DNA from: Candidatus Thalassarchaeum sp.
Lineage (GTDB): Archaea; Thermoplasmatota; Poseidoniia; Poseidoniales; Thalassarchaeaceae
DNA: 55,077 bases
Reading direction: 5' to 3'
NCBI GenBank assembly: GCA_030748335.1
Contig: JASMMD010000004.1
Span: 1-55,077 of the forward strand
The notes under the pieces are model-generated. The model did no database searches and was not told the origin of the DNA. It saw nothing but the letters and a program-made list of their open reading frames with translations. The translations under genes and the position numbers were made by a program. Positions within the stretch are counted from its first letter, which is position 1. Every line of letters starts with the position of its first letter. Shown here piece after piece: positions 55,035 through 55,077 of this stretch.

Positions 55035-55077
55035 CCCTGATGTCCGCAGCGCGCGGTCCTACTATCGTGGCCATCCA

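Overview
GC-rich chromosomal segment, about 55-62% GC on the 60-nt lines I spot-counted. It is clearly archaeal. The hallmarks are ribosomal protein L15e, aIF1A-Rio1-KH(Dim2-like) synteny, a Sec11-type signal peptidase, an Hjc-type resolvase, chromatin protein MC1, FtsZ, and a tRNA-Tyr with a C1:G72 pair and a bulge-helix-bulge intron. The gene content is an 11-subunit nuo operon without nuoEFG, SDH, leucine/methylcrotonyl-CoA catabolism, a huge surface protease and adhesin-like proteins. This suggests an aerobic protein-degrading marine Thermoplasmatota (MGII/Poseidoniales-like) organism, but that is inference only. I call about 50 protein genes and one tRNA. I saw no rRNA, CRISPR array, transposase or integrase. 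Layout: hisS (5' end outside the window), a low-GC PGF-CTERM glycoprotein gene, ftsZ, tRNA-Tyr, rpl15e and a PRC-barrel gene occupy 1-4.3 kb. A 14.7-kb same-strand block of five very large secreted or membrane-anchored proteins follows at 4.4-19.1 kb. Next come nuoABCDHIJ1J2KLMN (19.2-31.1 kb), aIF1A-Rio1-KH, and a DUF63-like membrane protein. Then a methylcrotonyl-CoA carboxylase/hydratase cluster (34.7-39.3 kb), serS, a presenilin-like protease and folC. Small housekeeping genes follow (dCMP deaminase, P-loop kinase, PI-PLC-like, signal peptidase, S2P protease, Hjc, macro, RAM domain, MC1). The window ends with sdhC-like/sdhA/sdhB. The best candidate for something undescribed is the surface-protein block. 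It contains an S8 protease and a PKD-repeat protein that each end in a single TM helix plus a cytoplasmic Cys-rich zinc-finger tail. It also contains a 1460-aa orphan protein, a translationally coupled small TM partner, and a seven-repeat beta-sandwich envelope protein. Secondary points of interest are listed here. Nuo subunits H, I, L and N are strongly expanded, including an approximately 80-aa insert between the two 4Fe-4S motifs of NuoI. aIF1A carries a eukaryote-like acidic tail. The BC and BCCP halves of MccA are split by a single in-frame TGA. The SDH membrane anchor is an atypical single subunit. Perfect 8-9 bp stem / 3-nt loop hairpins recur next to stop and start codons. All product names come from motif recognition by eye; no database search was run.
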